Both the position numbers and the translations under genes were made by a program. DNA of 20,000 bases from contig MRSU01005687.1 in assembly GCA_008369845.1 (NCBI GenBank), positions 46,283 to 66,282 on the forward strand, given 5' to 3'. The notes under the pieces are model-generated. The model worked only from the letters and a program-made list of their open reading frames with translations, was not told where the DNA came from and did not search any database. Below are positions 1 through 10,371 of this stretch, one piece after another. The stretch's first letter is position 1, and each line of letters opens with the position of its first letter. Origin of the DNA: Trichomonas gallinae (lineage: Eukaryota).

Positions 1-1111
1 ATGGAATCAAATCTTTGTACATACTATATTATATACAATAACTGAAAAATGATATAACAATAGTATTTGTGGAAGAATGAAGATTTGTCAAATAAAAAAA
101 CTTACATGTCAAAAAATATTTGAATTTTTAATCCGTCTTTTTTAGATTTGAATATCGTGATATTCCTAATTTAGATTTTTGGACACGAAACAAAATTCTA
201 GTATAATACAGTCTCAGCATCACCTATGGATGATGGAACAGGCATTTATCATAGAAATGAAGCATTTTTACTTCTATTGATTCCAATAGATTGATTATCC
301 ATTTGATAAATCATTAGTTGTTCAAATATATATCCAAAATGTATTGAAAATGAACTAGGTGCTTAGCTGGAAATGCATGTTTTAATCATTCAATCAGTAA
401 TAAACATGAAATCAATCAAAAACTAATTAGAATGGGTTTCTTCTTATCAATTATATTGATTTTTGATATATTCTGAACTCAGATTTTTAATTGAATCTTT
501 TCGAAAAAATATAAACTCTTATTTAAACAATAAGAGTTTGATCATAATAGATGACGATAATTATTGCTTAAAATCATGAAATTATTTTTGCAATTTCAGG
601 CATTTTGGATACCGACAATTATCATTTCAAAATCCTCAGCAAATAAATGATGCATTATTTGTTTTGTTCAGAAATAAGTCGTTTTGGAGTTTGATGACTG
701 CAAACTTGTTCAATTCAAAATAATTTAATTTATTTTTGAATAAACATCTGCGAGCAATCCAGCAACTTCGTATTAACGACATATAAAATTAAAACATGAT
801 TTTTCCGATTTAATTCGGAAAAAATAAAATCAGAAATCGGTAAAATTAGCTTTTTCTGCATTTTGAAATGTTGAATTTTATGGCAAATTTTTTCCTCTGC
901 GAATTATTCAACTCTTTTTGATGTAAAACATGATATTTTATGAATATCAAAATTTTGCATCAACTTAATCGATTAATTAAGATTCACCTGTAGATAGATA
1001 TGTTAGTTGGGTGCTCTGCATTTTATTGATGCTATTTTCATAGTCATAGAACAAACATAGCATAAGTTCAAAATACGCAATATAAAATATAAAAATAACC
1101 TCAAATGTAAA

Positions 1112-3235
1112 GTGTTTATACGAAAAGTGACAACTCCAATAAAAGGAAAAAATATAAAAATAACGGAAATCGATAAAAACACGTCCTCAGAGCGATCAAA
1201 TGGACTGCCATACAATGTACTTGATGGTACGCCAACAATAAGTGGCTTTTATCCCTCAAGTTTCATAATTCATCCCAAACCTGTCAATGTCACTGTTTTA
1301 CATAATGTTAAGCCATTTACAATTCATTTTAAAGATCAAATAAGCGAAATTCATGACAAAATAGAAAAATTTTTAAAGATTCAGAAAATTCGAATATCAG
1401 ATTTTGCTTTGCCATGTTTTATTTTTCTCACAACATTTAACTCAACGCATGACATAGCTGCTTCTGTTTCAAATGTGGATGATGTTGCCAGTTATTTTCA
1501 ATCAATCATGCCAAATTTATCACAAGAAATCATGGACCAAATAAATGGATCAAAAAAACCAATCAAAATGACAACATATTCTTATTTTCTCAAGAGTATT
1601 GATGGACTGTCGGACACCAGTGTATTGAAATTAACAGCAATGATTTCTTATTATGTTAAAGAAGATTATTCTCAAACGCAAATATTCGTGAAATGCAGCA
1701 CACTTATTTCAACGTCATATAATGCTTCGATATCTTTCAGCAACTTCCTCAAAGATCTTCTCGCTGATCAGCCACAAGACAGTTCAGAGGAAGAAGATGA
1801 TGAATCAGAAAAGAAAATTTCATACACAAGAAAAGAATTACTTAAAAAAACAATTTCAACAGCACTCGTTGATGACTATGCAAAAGGGCCTCCTAAGAAG
1901 ATAAATCTGCCTTCTTATAAACCAATATCAAGAGAAGGAAGACAAAAGGTTGGATGCAGTTACGTAATCAATCCAACGGATTTACCAAAAGGGTTAAAAG
2001 AGTCACTTTTATTCAACACTTGTTATGTGTCAGTTTTCAGTGGCTCAGAAGGCGGAAACATTGACTCAACGAGCGAATTGGACCAACTAATAAGAGACCA
2101 AGAGGAGTATTTCAAAGAAACACAATATTATCCAGATGCTCAAGTTAGAATCAACAGAATAGAAAAATCATTATCGTTTTTAAGATCAAAAGAAATGTGC
2201 CACAATTTTCCTGGTTTTTTGATACTAGCAATTAAAGATATATACGGCAGTTCAGCCTGGGATATTTTTCAGGCACTTTCAGTTAACAGGTCTGATACTT
2301 CTTTAGTGTTAATAGACAGAATGAGCCAGGTTATCAACATTTATTACTCATTAGATATAAATTGGAGGAATTTCCATTCATACGAAAATGGTGTCATGGG
2401 TGGGCAGATGATGCTCAAAGTTCCTGAGCCAAACCTCGCCCTGCCAATGACAATTGCTTTCAGCAAAGAAGGACAAGACTGGAATGAGCTCCAATTGATG
2501 CTGACGTCAACGTGTAAACACATTAAACTTGACACAGACACATCAGCAGAACTGGAAAGAGCTGCATTGAGATTTTTCAGCGTAATTGAAAATGTCGCTG
2601 AAAGCGATGAAAAGATTCGATGCTACATGCCTAGACTTTTTATATCTGCTATTCAGATCATCCCAGAAATAATCGATGCCATCCACAGATTCGATCATAC
2701 ACTAAATTCAATGCTTGGTGGTGAGTATTGTTTTGCTGCTTTAGCGCAGTTGAAGATTGCAGAATGCACAGCAAAATACCATCAATCGTTAACAGGAGAA
2801 GATAATAATATAATGACAAAGGATGTTTCTAGAGTGATGAAGTTAGTAGTGCAGCATTTTATGCAGCGGCAATCCTATAAATCGGGTCAGAAGAAATCAG
2901 ACTCCAGCATAATTTCTGCTTTTTTCGGGTCAATTGAAGGAGTGACACTAATTAAACGAGTGAAGATATTCACTTCAATAATGAGGATGCTCATGCTCCG
3001 CGGTGAGTTTGATCCTCTCATAGATGTTTTTAATCAGTTTAAAGCTGGTGAAGTCAGTGAGAAACTTTACAAAAAGAGAGTAAGAGATATCTGCCCTTCG
3101 CGCGGCCTTTTCGCAATATCGAATCACGGTAAAGGTATAATACGAGTCAGAAGTGCAATGGAAGGTGCCCCAACACTCACTGTTGTTCCTGTATTGATCA
3201 GGCCACCACCGACTTTTAATGCAAGGAAGAGATAG
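1112..3235 (+). CDS. Hypothetical protein, no family recognised; 5' end uncertain (track start 1112 is GTG, first in-frame ATG is 1508)
   Basis: Frame +2 is open from 1061 (after TAG at 1058-1060) to TAG at 3233-3235. Composition is protein-like, with a short acidic patch (SSEEEDDESE). An open frame of over 700 codons in AT-rich DNA is very unlikely by chance. Confidence 0.8.
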   Translation: MFIRKVTTPIKGKNIKITEIDKNTSSERSNGLPYNVLDGTPTISGFYPSSFIIHPKPVNVTVLHNVKPFTIHFKDQISEIHDKIEKFLKIQKIRISDFALPCFIFLTTFNSTHDIAASVSNVDDVASYFQSIMPNLSQEIMDQINGSKKPIKMTTYSYFLKSIDGLSDTSVLKLTAMISYYVKEDYSQTQIFVKCSTLISTSYNASISFSNFLKDLLADQPQDSSEEEDDESEKKISYTRKELLKKTISTALVDDYAKGPPKKINLPSYKPISREGRQKVGCSYVINPTDLPKGLKESLLFNTCYVSVFSGSEGGNIDSTSELDQLIRDQEEYFKETQYYPDAQVRINRIEKSLSFLRSKEMCHNFPGFLILAIKDIYGSSAWDIFQALSVNRSDTSLVLIDRMSQVINIYYSLDINWRNFHSYENGVMGGQMMLKVPEPNLALPMTIAFSKEGQDWNELQLMLTSTCKHIKLDTDTSAELERAALRFFSVIENVAESDEKIRCYMPRLFISAIQIIPEIIDAIHRFDHTLNSMLGGEYCFAALAQLKIAECTAKYHQSLTGEDNNIMTKDVSRVMKLVVQHFMQRQSYKSGQKKSDSSIISAFFGSIEGVTLIKRVKIFTSIMRMLMLRGEFDPLIDVFNQFKAGEVSEKLYKKRVRDICPSRGLFAISNHGKGIIRVRSAMEGAPTLTVVPVLIRPPPTFNARKR

Positions 3236-3330
3236 ATATAATAGTTTGTTTTTTTATGTTTATTATATAAATATATTTGTTTATTTGTCTTAAATCAAAA
3301 TTAAGCGGTTATATTTGAATCATAAAATTC

Positions 3331-3444
3331 ATGAATGAAGGCGCGGCCGCGGCGCTATCATCGCCGGATTTGGAAATTATTTTCATATATAGAAACATAT
3401 GTAATGTGCATTTCAAAATGATTCATATTCCAAATATTTCCTGA
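3331..3444 (+). other. Candidate 37-aa small ORF or decayed gene 5' end (MNEGAAAALSSPDLEIIFIYRNICNVHFKMIHIPNIS)
   Basis: ATG at 3331 is preceded by TCATA (3320-3324, Inr-like) and AGCGGTTA (3304-3311, Myb/M3-like). The first codons form a GC island in otherwise very AT-rich DNA. Confidence 0.2.
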
Positions 3445-4048
3445 AGAAGAATTAATCAAATCTGTTAATTAAGAACACAGTCTTATTATTCATATAAGAG
3501 TTTTTAACAAAATTTCTGTTAAAATTCAATGAGAAAAACTCTATTTTTTAGTTTGTCAAAAAATATTGTTTGAAATTCATTATATGCTAATTATGTGTTC
3601 CATCATGTGTAGACATATAACCTATATGCGCTTCCGTCATTATATATATGTGATTAACTTCTCTCTAATTCTGATGTATTTGCCTAAAAACAAGACATAA
3701 AGAAATTCATTGATGAAAATAGGAAAACATAATAATAATAGAACTGTTTTAAAGCTGATATAAAATGACATGAAAAGAGTCGATAATTGTTAGATAGTTA
3801 GAATGAATAAAACACGTTTGCTGGCAAAAATTTGCAAAATAATTTTGGATGCCATGAACATCAAGTCATTTTTGTTTTATATATAAGTCCATTAATGTGA
3901 AGGATGTTGATTTATTGAGTTCGATTTCATGATTAATTTTATTGGACAGGAAAAACATTGAAGAGCTCATATTTGGAATAATTTTTGGGATGAATGGACT
4001 ATATGCAGTTATTATAGCAAAAATAAAGAGCATAAAAAATATAACAGA

Positions 4049-7000
4049 ATGAGGAGTGGATCTTCCTCCTCAAATCCTTCTCTTTTTATTCCCCAGACTT
4101 CGCTGGGTGACATATATCTCAAGCTCATTACGAGCATTCCCGAAGATTCCCCGCATTTGCTTCATATTATCCAATTTATAACATCAAGTTCGTTTTTAAC
4201 TAACTTTGGATCATTTCAATTTGCAGTTACGATGGCAAAAATGCTTGAAGATTATCCAGAAAGAGGCAAAATTACGCTACAAGTTTTCGAAAAATTAGTT
4301 GATTATCCAATCATCCACAGAATCGTAAATTTAGTCAAGAAAATCGACCCCAAATTCTTCAGCGACATAAACGAAAACGTTCAGCCTAAAATTGCCAGCA
4401 TCTTCTCGTTCAGTACTGAGAAAGATGTTGCAGAATTAGCTAAACAATACACATTTTCTCAAAATAAGAGCGTTCGCTTCAAGCATGAAGGTTCATTCGT
4501 CTCAATATCAGACGTTTTTAATGAAGCTTCTGCAGAAAATGGAGATAATTATTCAACAAAATCTTTACAATGCATTGAACAATTCCAGCCATATACAGAA
4601 AACGATGTTGCCGATTTTGTTATTAACCTCGTATCAAACAAGTCACCAATTTCGAAAGATATCGCTACAAGAGATAGAAATACTTTATTCAGTTTATTAA
4701 GACAATTTAAAAACTCGAAAATTACTCTAGAACAGCTTATTAAGGCTTTTGACTCGAGATCTGTAATTATCTCGAGCATGGCTTCATTCAACCATTTTAT
4801 TTCAGCAATAAAAGAAGTAACAGGATCGCGATCTGTTCCTATTGGCTCATTCTTGGGACAATGGGATCATCCTAAGACTCAATTAAACTTTCTTCAACAT
4901 ATTATAAATTCACAGCCGATTGCAGTACAATTTCCAAGGTCACAACCTACAAAAATCAATCCGATACTGATTGGTGATTTCAAAGGCGATCACTGGAGAT
5001 ATCCAGAGTTTATTGTCGCCTTGGCCAATCTTTACAACGAACTTCCAGAAGAAATCAACGCATTACTCGCACAATTATCACCATCTAACTCTACCGCACT
5101 ACTTCTCGTTTCTCTAGCCTCACTTGGCGAAACATCATCATTCGCAGGTCAGCTTTTATCCAATTTGGTGACTTGCAACTCTCAGTACATGTGCGGAATA
5201 TCAACGTTATGGGCAATGAACAGCAACTTTTTGATCGACACTTGCGCGAAACTTCATGAAGACAAACCAATTATGCTTAGCCGCATTTACGACATTGCAG
5301 ACGATCTTTGCGTCTTGGAAGAGTTCAAGAGCCGCTCTCCGCCTAAATTCCGCGCTGTTCTCGAAATATTCGACTTCTTCAGACACGGAAACGATTTTAG
5401 AGTCTTCCTTAAAAACCTCAAAAATCCAGAACTCGCGATGCAGATATTCGAGCGCCCAACAGACTTCGGCTTCATCATCCCGATGAGTGTTGAGCGCCGC
5501 CTTTCAACGGACGACAAAAACATGTACAGCGCTGATTTATTGTTCTTTTTATATCTCAAAGAAATTTTTGACTCGCTCGATGAAAACATGAGAACACGCA
5601 CAATTCCTTCTCTTTTCCAGAAGTGCTGCGAGCGCACGAAGAAGCTTACTCAGTGCGAATTCAGATGGCATCAGAAGGTTACAGCTCCGCCATCTCCTCG
5701 TCCAGCGAAAGACGAAGATTTGACGACATTGGCGATGAAAACGGAGAAAAGAGAAACAGAGAAGTTCAGAACAATAGTCGCATCTCTTGTTTCCGATTTC
5801 CCGCGCGATAAAAACGCGGCAGAAAAGAACGGCAAGAACTTAGGTATTTTGTTATCTAGGAACTTATTGTGTCCGTCGGATTCTGTCTCCGCAATTTCGC
5901 TGATCAACAGAGGCCTTTCGCTGAGAGAAAACTCTAATGGATTCATTTTCGCGCGCGAAGCACTTAAGGAGATCGCGCCCGGATTTAAGTTACTTCTTCC
6001 TTTCGCTAGACAAATCGTCACGAGTTCGCAAGTCAAGAAATCTCTTCCTGAAGTTTATGATGCGGCAGTTTCTGCTTTAAAGCCTGAAGTCTGCCAATTG
6101 CAGCAGGAAGAAGCAATTCAGCCAACTGTTTTCGACATTCATCCTAAGCTCAAAAGGTTCAGATATATACATCCTGATGACGAAAATCCAATGAAAACTG
6201 GCAATTTCGATGCTTACGCTTTAGCTGTCATCGAACAAGAAATGCGCAAAAATGGTAATGATATGTCAATTAATTCAGATGTTGAACAAAATTGCATCGA
6301 AGCCGCTTTATATCAAATTCATTCTATTATATTAAACGGCGATAAACAAGCAATGTGGAAGCTTACAAGACTCGCGAGATGGCTTGCTTCCAGGACAATT
6401 TCAAACTCAAATCCATCGTTCGGCAAATTCCTCAATTTAACAGATTTAGTTTTATATTCATATGAAAATAATTTGTTAAGCTTAACTCTTCCTTTCTTGG
6501 CAACACTTTTCGAAAAAGTCCCACAGTGTTTCTTCCCACCATGTCCATGGACTATTTCCATTCTCAGCGCTTTAGGAGCAATCTACAGGCTTCCTTATCT
6601 CAAGAGAACTCTTATGTCTATGATCAAGAGTATTTTCGACTTATTCAATTGCGGAATCACTGATATCGAGCCACACAGATTACGTCCACTTGAGACATTA
6701 CCAATGAAAGACTCAGACTTCCTCTTTCCGCCGCTGAATTTCGAGATTCCAGTCATCAGCCGTGACAAACTTTATGCCGGCGACATTTTCTCGATTGTCT
6801 CCGTTGTTTCACGCTTCTTTAAAGGAGCTGACAACCAGACAACGAAAGAAGTCGCATTATTTGTTCACTCCAAAGTCCCAGCTATCGCCAAATCAGCCTA
6901 CGAAACAGCCTTTTCGTTAGCTACGAAAGACTTCGCAAGGAGCAAAGATTCACACGCAGCAGAAACATTTGCGTTGACTTTGCTTAAAACATTGTGCAAG

Positions 7001-9070
7001 TCTCTCGCAACTGTTGCTGTCAAACTGGAATTCACATACATCGATTCTAGATCAACAAGATTCATCGAAAACTTAGTCACAGCAATCTCACAGAATGTTG
7101 GCTCACATCTGCTCAAAACGAACATGGCTCCACTCAGAAACTTGAGAGAAACATGCGACACGAATTTCTTGGACGTACAGAACTTCCCACCATCTGTCGC
7201 ATCTATTGTTCCAGAAGAATTATGGCCGCATGAAGCAGAAGCAGCCAAATCAGGCAAAGGAATTTTCGGCTGCTACAAAGTGCCAAGCAGCGTCAAGCAT
7301 GTTTATTCACATATTGGCGCTGTCACTTTCGAAAGCCATTCCACAGGCGAAATCCAATTTGATGAGAATTATGCCAAAGCGATTTATTCTTGCTTTACAC
7401 AGAACTCTACTGGTGAAATCACAGGATACACAAGCCGCGCACCACCTATTACAGATCCAGCCAAAATCCCGCAATACTTGGCGACAGTTATAACATGCTT
7501 CCCACCTCAGATATCATCCAGTGTCGTTGAGCTTGGTGTCCAAATCATTTCTCACATCTGCGTCGCAACTGGAGGAAATATGACTGACCTGGCTCCTTTA
7601 GTCGAAGAGATGCTCGTCGAACAAATGCCGCACATGAGGATCTTTGTCGCGCTGGCATCTCAACGCATCATTCGCCCGCACCTCATTGAGTTCTTGCTGA
7701 TGAACTTCTTCGAGGAAAACGGCATCGAAGGCATCGACATTGATCCTCTTCTCGCTTGGCTCCACGATTGTCTGATTGTTCAGAAGACTCTCATTCCCTC
7801 AGAGTTCGGCAGACTTCTCGCTTTTATCTCGACAGCAAAAATTCCGTTCAACGATACAGTTAAGGACCTCATCAATCTCTACATGAATTGCGCAATCGAA
7901 GAGCAGAAGCCGCCAAGAATTTCTCCTGTTTCAAGTAAGTTCGAGAAAGTAATGTTGAACGATTTCAACTCTGCGCACACGAATGCCACGTCTATTACGA
8001 ATTTCTTTAAAGAATTCGCTGAGCACCTCAAGAAGACTGAAGTCTGGACGAACTTGATAAAGACAGCTTATCCTGATAGAAGATTGGATTTGCTACAGAT
8101 CTTCTTCGGCATCATGGAATACTGCAAAGCCCAGGATTTACAGATTCTCCAGATCTTCTTGCGCGTCATGTTCGAAGCTTTCACGAAATCAAACATCGAT
8201 GGATACTTCTTCTCCACCGTCATCTCATCAGTAGTTTTGCAACTCCGTAACAGATCAATACACTACGCAAAGATGTTCGGTGGTTTCTTGAATGATACAA
8301 CGCCGCTCAAATATCCTCGTTTCACACCGGTTTGGCTCTTCCTCTTCCCGCTCGTTATTCCTCCACTTTTAGCAGACGATTCACTCCACCCGCCTTTGAG
8401 CTTGCTCGTCGACAGTCTTCTCGCTCCACTCAATAGATTCCCGGCTGACTGGCTCAGCAGGCCGCATTTCAAGAAGTACTATAAAGCTGTCTTAAGGTTG
8501 ATGTTGCTTTTAGTTCACGACAATCCTAGATTCGTCGCGAGTTTCGCATTCGATTTCGTCAACGAAATTCCGCTGAAATTTAGAAGAGTAAGAAATATTA
8601 TCCTTTCATGCAACGCTCCTGAAGTACCACTCAATCTCCTCTGCCGCTCTGAAGCTCAGAAATTAATACGCGAGCTGACAGCAGGCCAAAAAACATTCCC
8701 AGACTTTATTGCAAGCAATGGAAATAATCTCAGCCACTCAACATTCGAAGACGTTTTCTTCTACATCTACAGTATTATGCCGTTCGAGCAGGTCCTTTGG
8801 ACATATGCGAGGGGCTTCATGCTCGCGGTAGAAGGAGTGGAAGAAGCTACGATGGTCTTGGAGGCGCTTTTCGATGGATTGAGATGTAATTCGAAGCAGA
8901 CGGCTACTTTTGAGTCAACAATTTTGAGGATTTACACGGAGATCGACAAAACTTACAACCAGCTCACTTGCAAGGATATAATCGATTCCATTGTCATGGC
9001 GAGGGCGGATAACCTCTCGCCGATCCCTTACGGCATTCAGTCCATAAAGGCTAAGCTCTCTGATGAATAA
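4049..9070 (+). CDS. NOT1: CCR4-NOT complex scaffold subunit NOT1/CNOT1, divergent and shortened (1673 aa)
   Basis: Motifs recalled from NOT1 appear in the expected order. N-terminal HEAT region: LSRIYDIA (cf. LSRILDVA). CAF1-binding MIF4G: LTRLARWLASRTI and YSYENNLLSLTLPFLATLFE...FPPCPWTISILSALGAIY (cf. LKNLGHWLG..T; EAY...VVPFVAKVLE...F.PPNPWT). DUF3819-like: AYETAFSLATKDFA. C-terminal Not1 domain: PLKYPRFTPVWL, YKAVLRLMLLLVHDNPRFV...IPLKFRRVRNIILS (cf. YKGTLRVLLVLLHDFPEFL...IQLRNLILS), LRCNSKQTATF and PIPYGI. Confidence 0.9.
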   Translation: MRSGSSSSNPSLFIPQTSLGDIYLKLITSIPEDSPHLLHIIQFITSSSFLTNFGSFQFAVTMAKMLEDYPERGKITLQVFEKLVDYPIIHRIVNLVKKIDPKFFSDINENVQPKIASIFSFSTEKDVAELAKQYTFSQNKSVRFKHEGSFVSISDVFNEASAENGDNYSTKSLQCIEQFQPYTENDVADFVINLVSNKSPISKDIATRDRNTLFSLLRQFKNSKITLEQLIKAFDSRSVIISSMASFNHFISAIKEVTGSRSVPIGSFLGQWDHPKTQLNFLQHIINSQPIAVQFPRSQPTKINPILIGDFKGDHWRYPEFIVALANLYNELPEEINALLAQLSPSNSTALLLVSLASLGETSSFAGQLLSNLVTCNSQYMCGISTLWAMNSNFLIDTCAKLHEDKPIMLSRIYDIADDLCVLEEFKSRSPPKFRAVLEIFDFFRHGNDFRVFLKNLKNPELAMQIFERPTDFGFIIPMSVERRLSTDDKNMYSADLLFFLYLKEIFDSLDENMRTRTIPSLFQKCCERTKKLTQCEFRWHQKVTAPPSPRPAKDEDLTTLAMKTEKRETEKFRTIVASLVSDFPRDKNAAEKNGKNLGILLSRNLLCPSDSVSAISLINRGLSLRENSNGFIFAREALKEIAPGFKLLLPFARQIVTSSQVKKSLPEVYDAAVSALKPEVCQLQQEEAIQPTVFDIHPKLKRFRYIHPDDENPMKTGNFDAYALAVIEQEMRKNGNDMSINSDVEQNCIEAALYQIHSIILNGDKQAMWKLTRLARWLASRTISNSNPSFGKFLNLTDLVLYSYENNLLSLTLPFLATLFEKVPQCFFPPCPWTISILSALGAIYRLPYLKRTLMSMIKSIFDLFNCGITDIEPHRLRPLETLPMKDSDFLFPPLNFEIPVISRDKLYAGDIFSIVSVVSRFFKGADNQTTKEVALFVHSKVPAIAKSAYETAFSLATKDFARSKDSHAAETFALTLLKTLCKSLATVAVKLEFTYIDSRSTRFIENLVTAISQNVGSHLLKTNMAPLRNLRETCDTNFLDVQNFPPSVASIVPEELWPHEAEAAKSGKGIFGCYKVPSSVKHVYSHIGAVTFESHSTGEIQFDENYAKAIYSCFTQNSTGEITGYTSRAPPITDPAKIPQYLATVITCFPPQISSSVVELGVQIISHICVATGGNMTDLAPLVEEMLVEQMPHMRIFVALASQRIIRPHLIEFLLMNFFEENGIEGIDIDPLLAWLHDCLIVQKTLIPSEFGRLLAFISTAKIPFNDTVKDLINLYMNCAIEEQKPPRISPVSSKFEKVMLNDFNSAHTNATSITNFFKEFAEHLKKTEVWTNLIKTAYPDRRLDLLQIFFGIMEYCKAQDLQILQIFLRVMFEAFTKSNIDGYFFSTVISSVVLQLRNRSIHYAKMFGGFLNDTTPLKYPRFTPVWLFLFPLVIPPLLADDSLHPPLSLLVDSLLAPLNRFPADWLSRPHFKKYYKAVLRLMLLLVHDNPRFVASFAFDFVNEIPLKFRRVRNIILSCNAPEVPLNLLCRSEAQKLIRELTAGQKTFPDFIASNGNNLSHSTFEDVFFYIYSIMPFEQVLWTYARGFMLAVEGVEEATMVLEALFDGLRCNSKQTATFESTILRIYTEIDKTYNQLTCKDIIDSIVMARADNLSPIPYGIQSIKAKLSDE

Positions 9071-9071
9071 A
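9068..9071 (+). terminator. Probable polyadenylation signal TAAA overlapping the NOT1 stop codon
   Basis: The sequence reads gaaTAAAaaa, followed by a T-tract at 9124-9134. UAAA including the stop codon is the described Trichomonas poly(A) signal. The Rab stop is likewise TAAA on the minus strand (9776-9773). Confidence 0.45.
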
Positions 9072-9773
9072 AAAAAGAAAAAAGAAAAGAAGAGAAAAAC
9101 ACAGAAAATATCAAAAATGCGCATTTTTTTTTTTCATATGAAACTAATTCACTAATATAGGATTATTATATCGGAATAATATAAATACAACTAAAGGGAG
9201 GAGTTATATAATATTGCTAATTAATTCGCAATAATTTTACAACAAATAGTCAAGATAAACCAATAATTTCATTGAATTGTTTGATTAATATTAAGTTTGT
9301 ATAAAGAAATTTTAGCAAGTTATGGTTTAAATCAAATTCTAATAACTATATATCATTCGTATTAACTTTTTTATTGCAGTTTTGAATTAGAGCTTGCTAA
9401 ATTTTGATTCTATGTGTCTATTGATTCTATATGACTAATATTGATTTTTAGCAATTAATTAATTAGTCATAAATAAGGAAATTTGGAAAAGTAATAAATA
9501 GTAATTACTAATATTTTCAATCAAAAATATGGAAATTTGGATTTTTTATATTTCGGACATTTGAAAAATGGTAATAAATCGACAATTATGATCTATTATT
9601 CATTTTATACACATATCAATCACAAATGAACAAAAATTTTGTTAATTTTTTTTAACCAAAAATTTTAAGCATTTCTTTTGATTCATTCAAGTATAGATTT
9701 GTTATTCATTAATATAAATTTTAACAAGTCTTTATCAATAATATACCAAAAAACGTTCCGAAAATTTTATATT

Positions 9774-10349
9774 TTAACAACAACCAGATTTCTTCTTTCC
9801 TTTTTGTGGTTCTGCTTCAAGATGAACTCCAACATCTTGAACTTCTTCTTTTTGTGGTTTCTGAGGTTCAACGGTGACATCATAAAATAATTCTTCGACA
9901 CCTTCGTTTGTAAGTGCCGAGCAAAAGTACACGTGGTCATATTGTTGCGCTAGACGCATCCGAAATTGCTCTTGGTTATCATTTAACAGATCTATTTTAT
10001 TAATTACAACAAATGGAATCGCAGTAGGGACCTGTTCTGCAATTTTCATCCATTTGTCAATGGATGTGATTGATTGCTGATCGTTTGCTGCTGCACAAAT
10101 TATGATTACATCAGAATCTCTTGTGTATAAAGGGACGAGAGAGTGATATTTCTCTTGACCTGCAGTATCCCATAATAGTAATTCAACTTTTTCGTTCTCG
10201 ACTTCTTGCATTGTTTTCAAGTGTGATGATCCGATTGTTGAAGCTAGATCCGCGTCGAATGTTCCCTTGACTTTCCTGTTGATGAGAGACGTCTTTCCAA
10301 CACTGGAGTCACCGACAAAAGAAACTTTAAGGGATTTTTTGGTTATCAT
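9774..10349 (-). CDS. Rab-family small GTPase (191 aa), probably a lineage-specific divergent Rab
   Basis: G1 GDSSVGKTS, switch I STIG, G3 WDTAGQE followed by YHSLVPLYTRDS, G4 NKID, G5 CSAL, and a hypervariable tail ending KKKSGCC (double-Cys geranylgeranylation motif). The subfamily cannot be assigned by eye. Confidence 0.95.
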   Translation of the reverse strand: MITKKSLKVSFVGDSSVGKTSLINRKVKGTFDADLASTIGSSHLKTMQEVENEKVELLLWDTAGQEKYHSLVPLYTRDSDVIIICAAANDQQSITSIDKWMKIAEQVPTAIPFVVINKIDLLNDNQEQFRMRLAQQYDHVYFCSALTNEGVEELFYDVTVEPQKPQKEEVQDVGVHLEAEPQKGKKKSGCC

Positions 10350-10353
10350 TCAA

Positions 10354-10371
10354 AATGAAATTGAAAAATGA
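10354..10371 (-). promoter_or_regulatory. Two tandem initiator (Inr, TCAYW) elements upstream of the Rab ATG
   Basis: The minus strand reads gaTCATTtttcaattTCATTttgaATG, with TCATT at 10371-10367 and 10358-10354. This matches the known trichomonad Inr and its short distance to the start codon. Confidence 0.6.

Noticed and set aside
1..723. Possible decayed pseudogene in frame +1 (e.g. ...LIIIDDDNY..., faintly glycosyltransferase-like)
   Set aside because: About a dozen stops in ~240 codons is not convincingly below background, and I cannot support any homology. A BLASTX search would settle it.
800..823. 9-bp inverted repeat TTTTTCCGA-N6-TCGGAAAAA, and the palindrome TTAATCGATTAA at 965-976
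   Set aside because: Short and mostly A/T, so expected by chance. A bacterial-type terminator is not relevant in this context.
9071..9773. Low-complexity purine and T tracts, TTGATTCTAT mini-repeats (9404-9448) and GGAAATTTGG twice in the convergent NOT1/Rab spacer
   Set aside because: Ordinary AT-rich 3'/intergenic sequence with no consistent period, terminal repeats or RNA-gene structure.
1003..9890. Small overlapping ORFs within or antisense to gene 1, NOT1 and Rab
   Set aside because: They overlap well-supported genes, several appear to use non-ATG starts, and none shows a recognisable motif.
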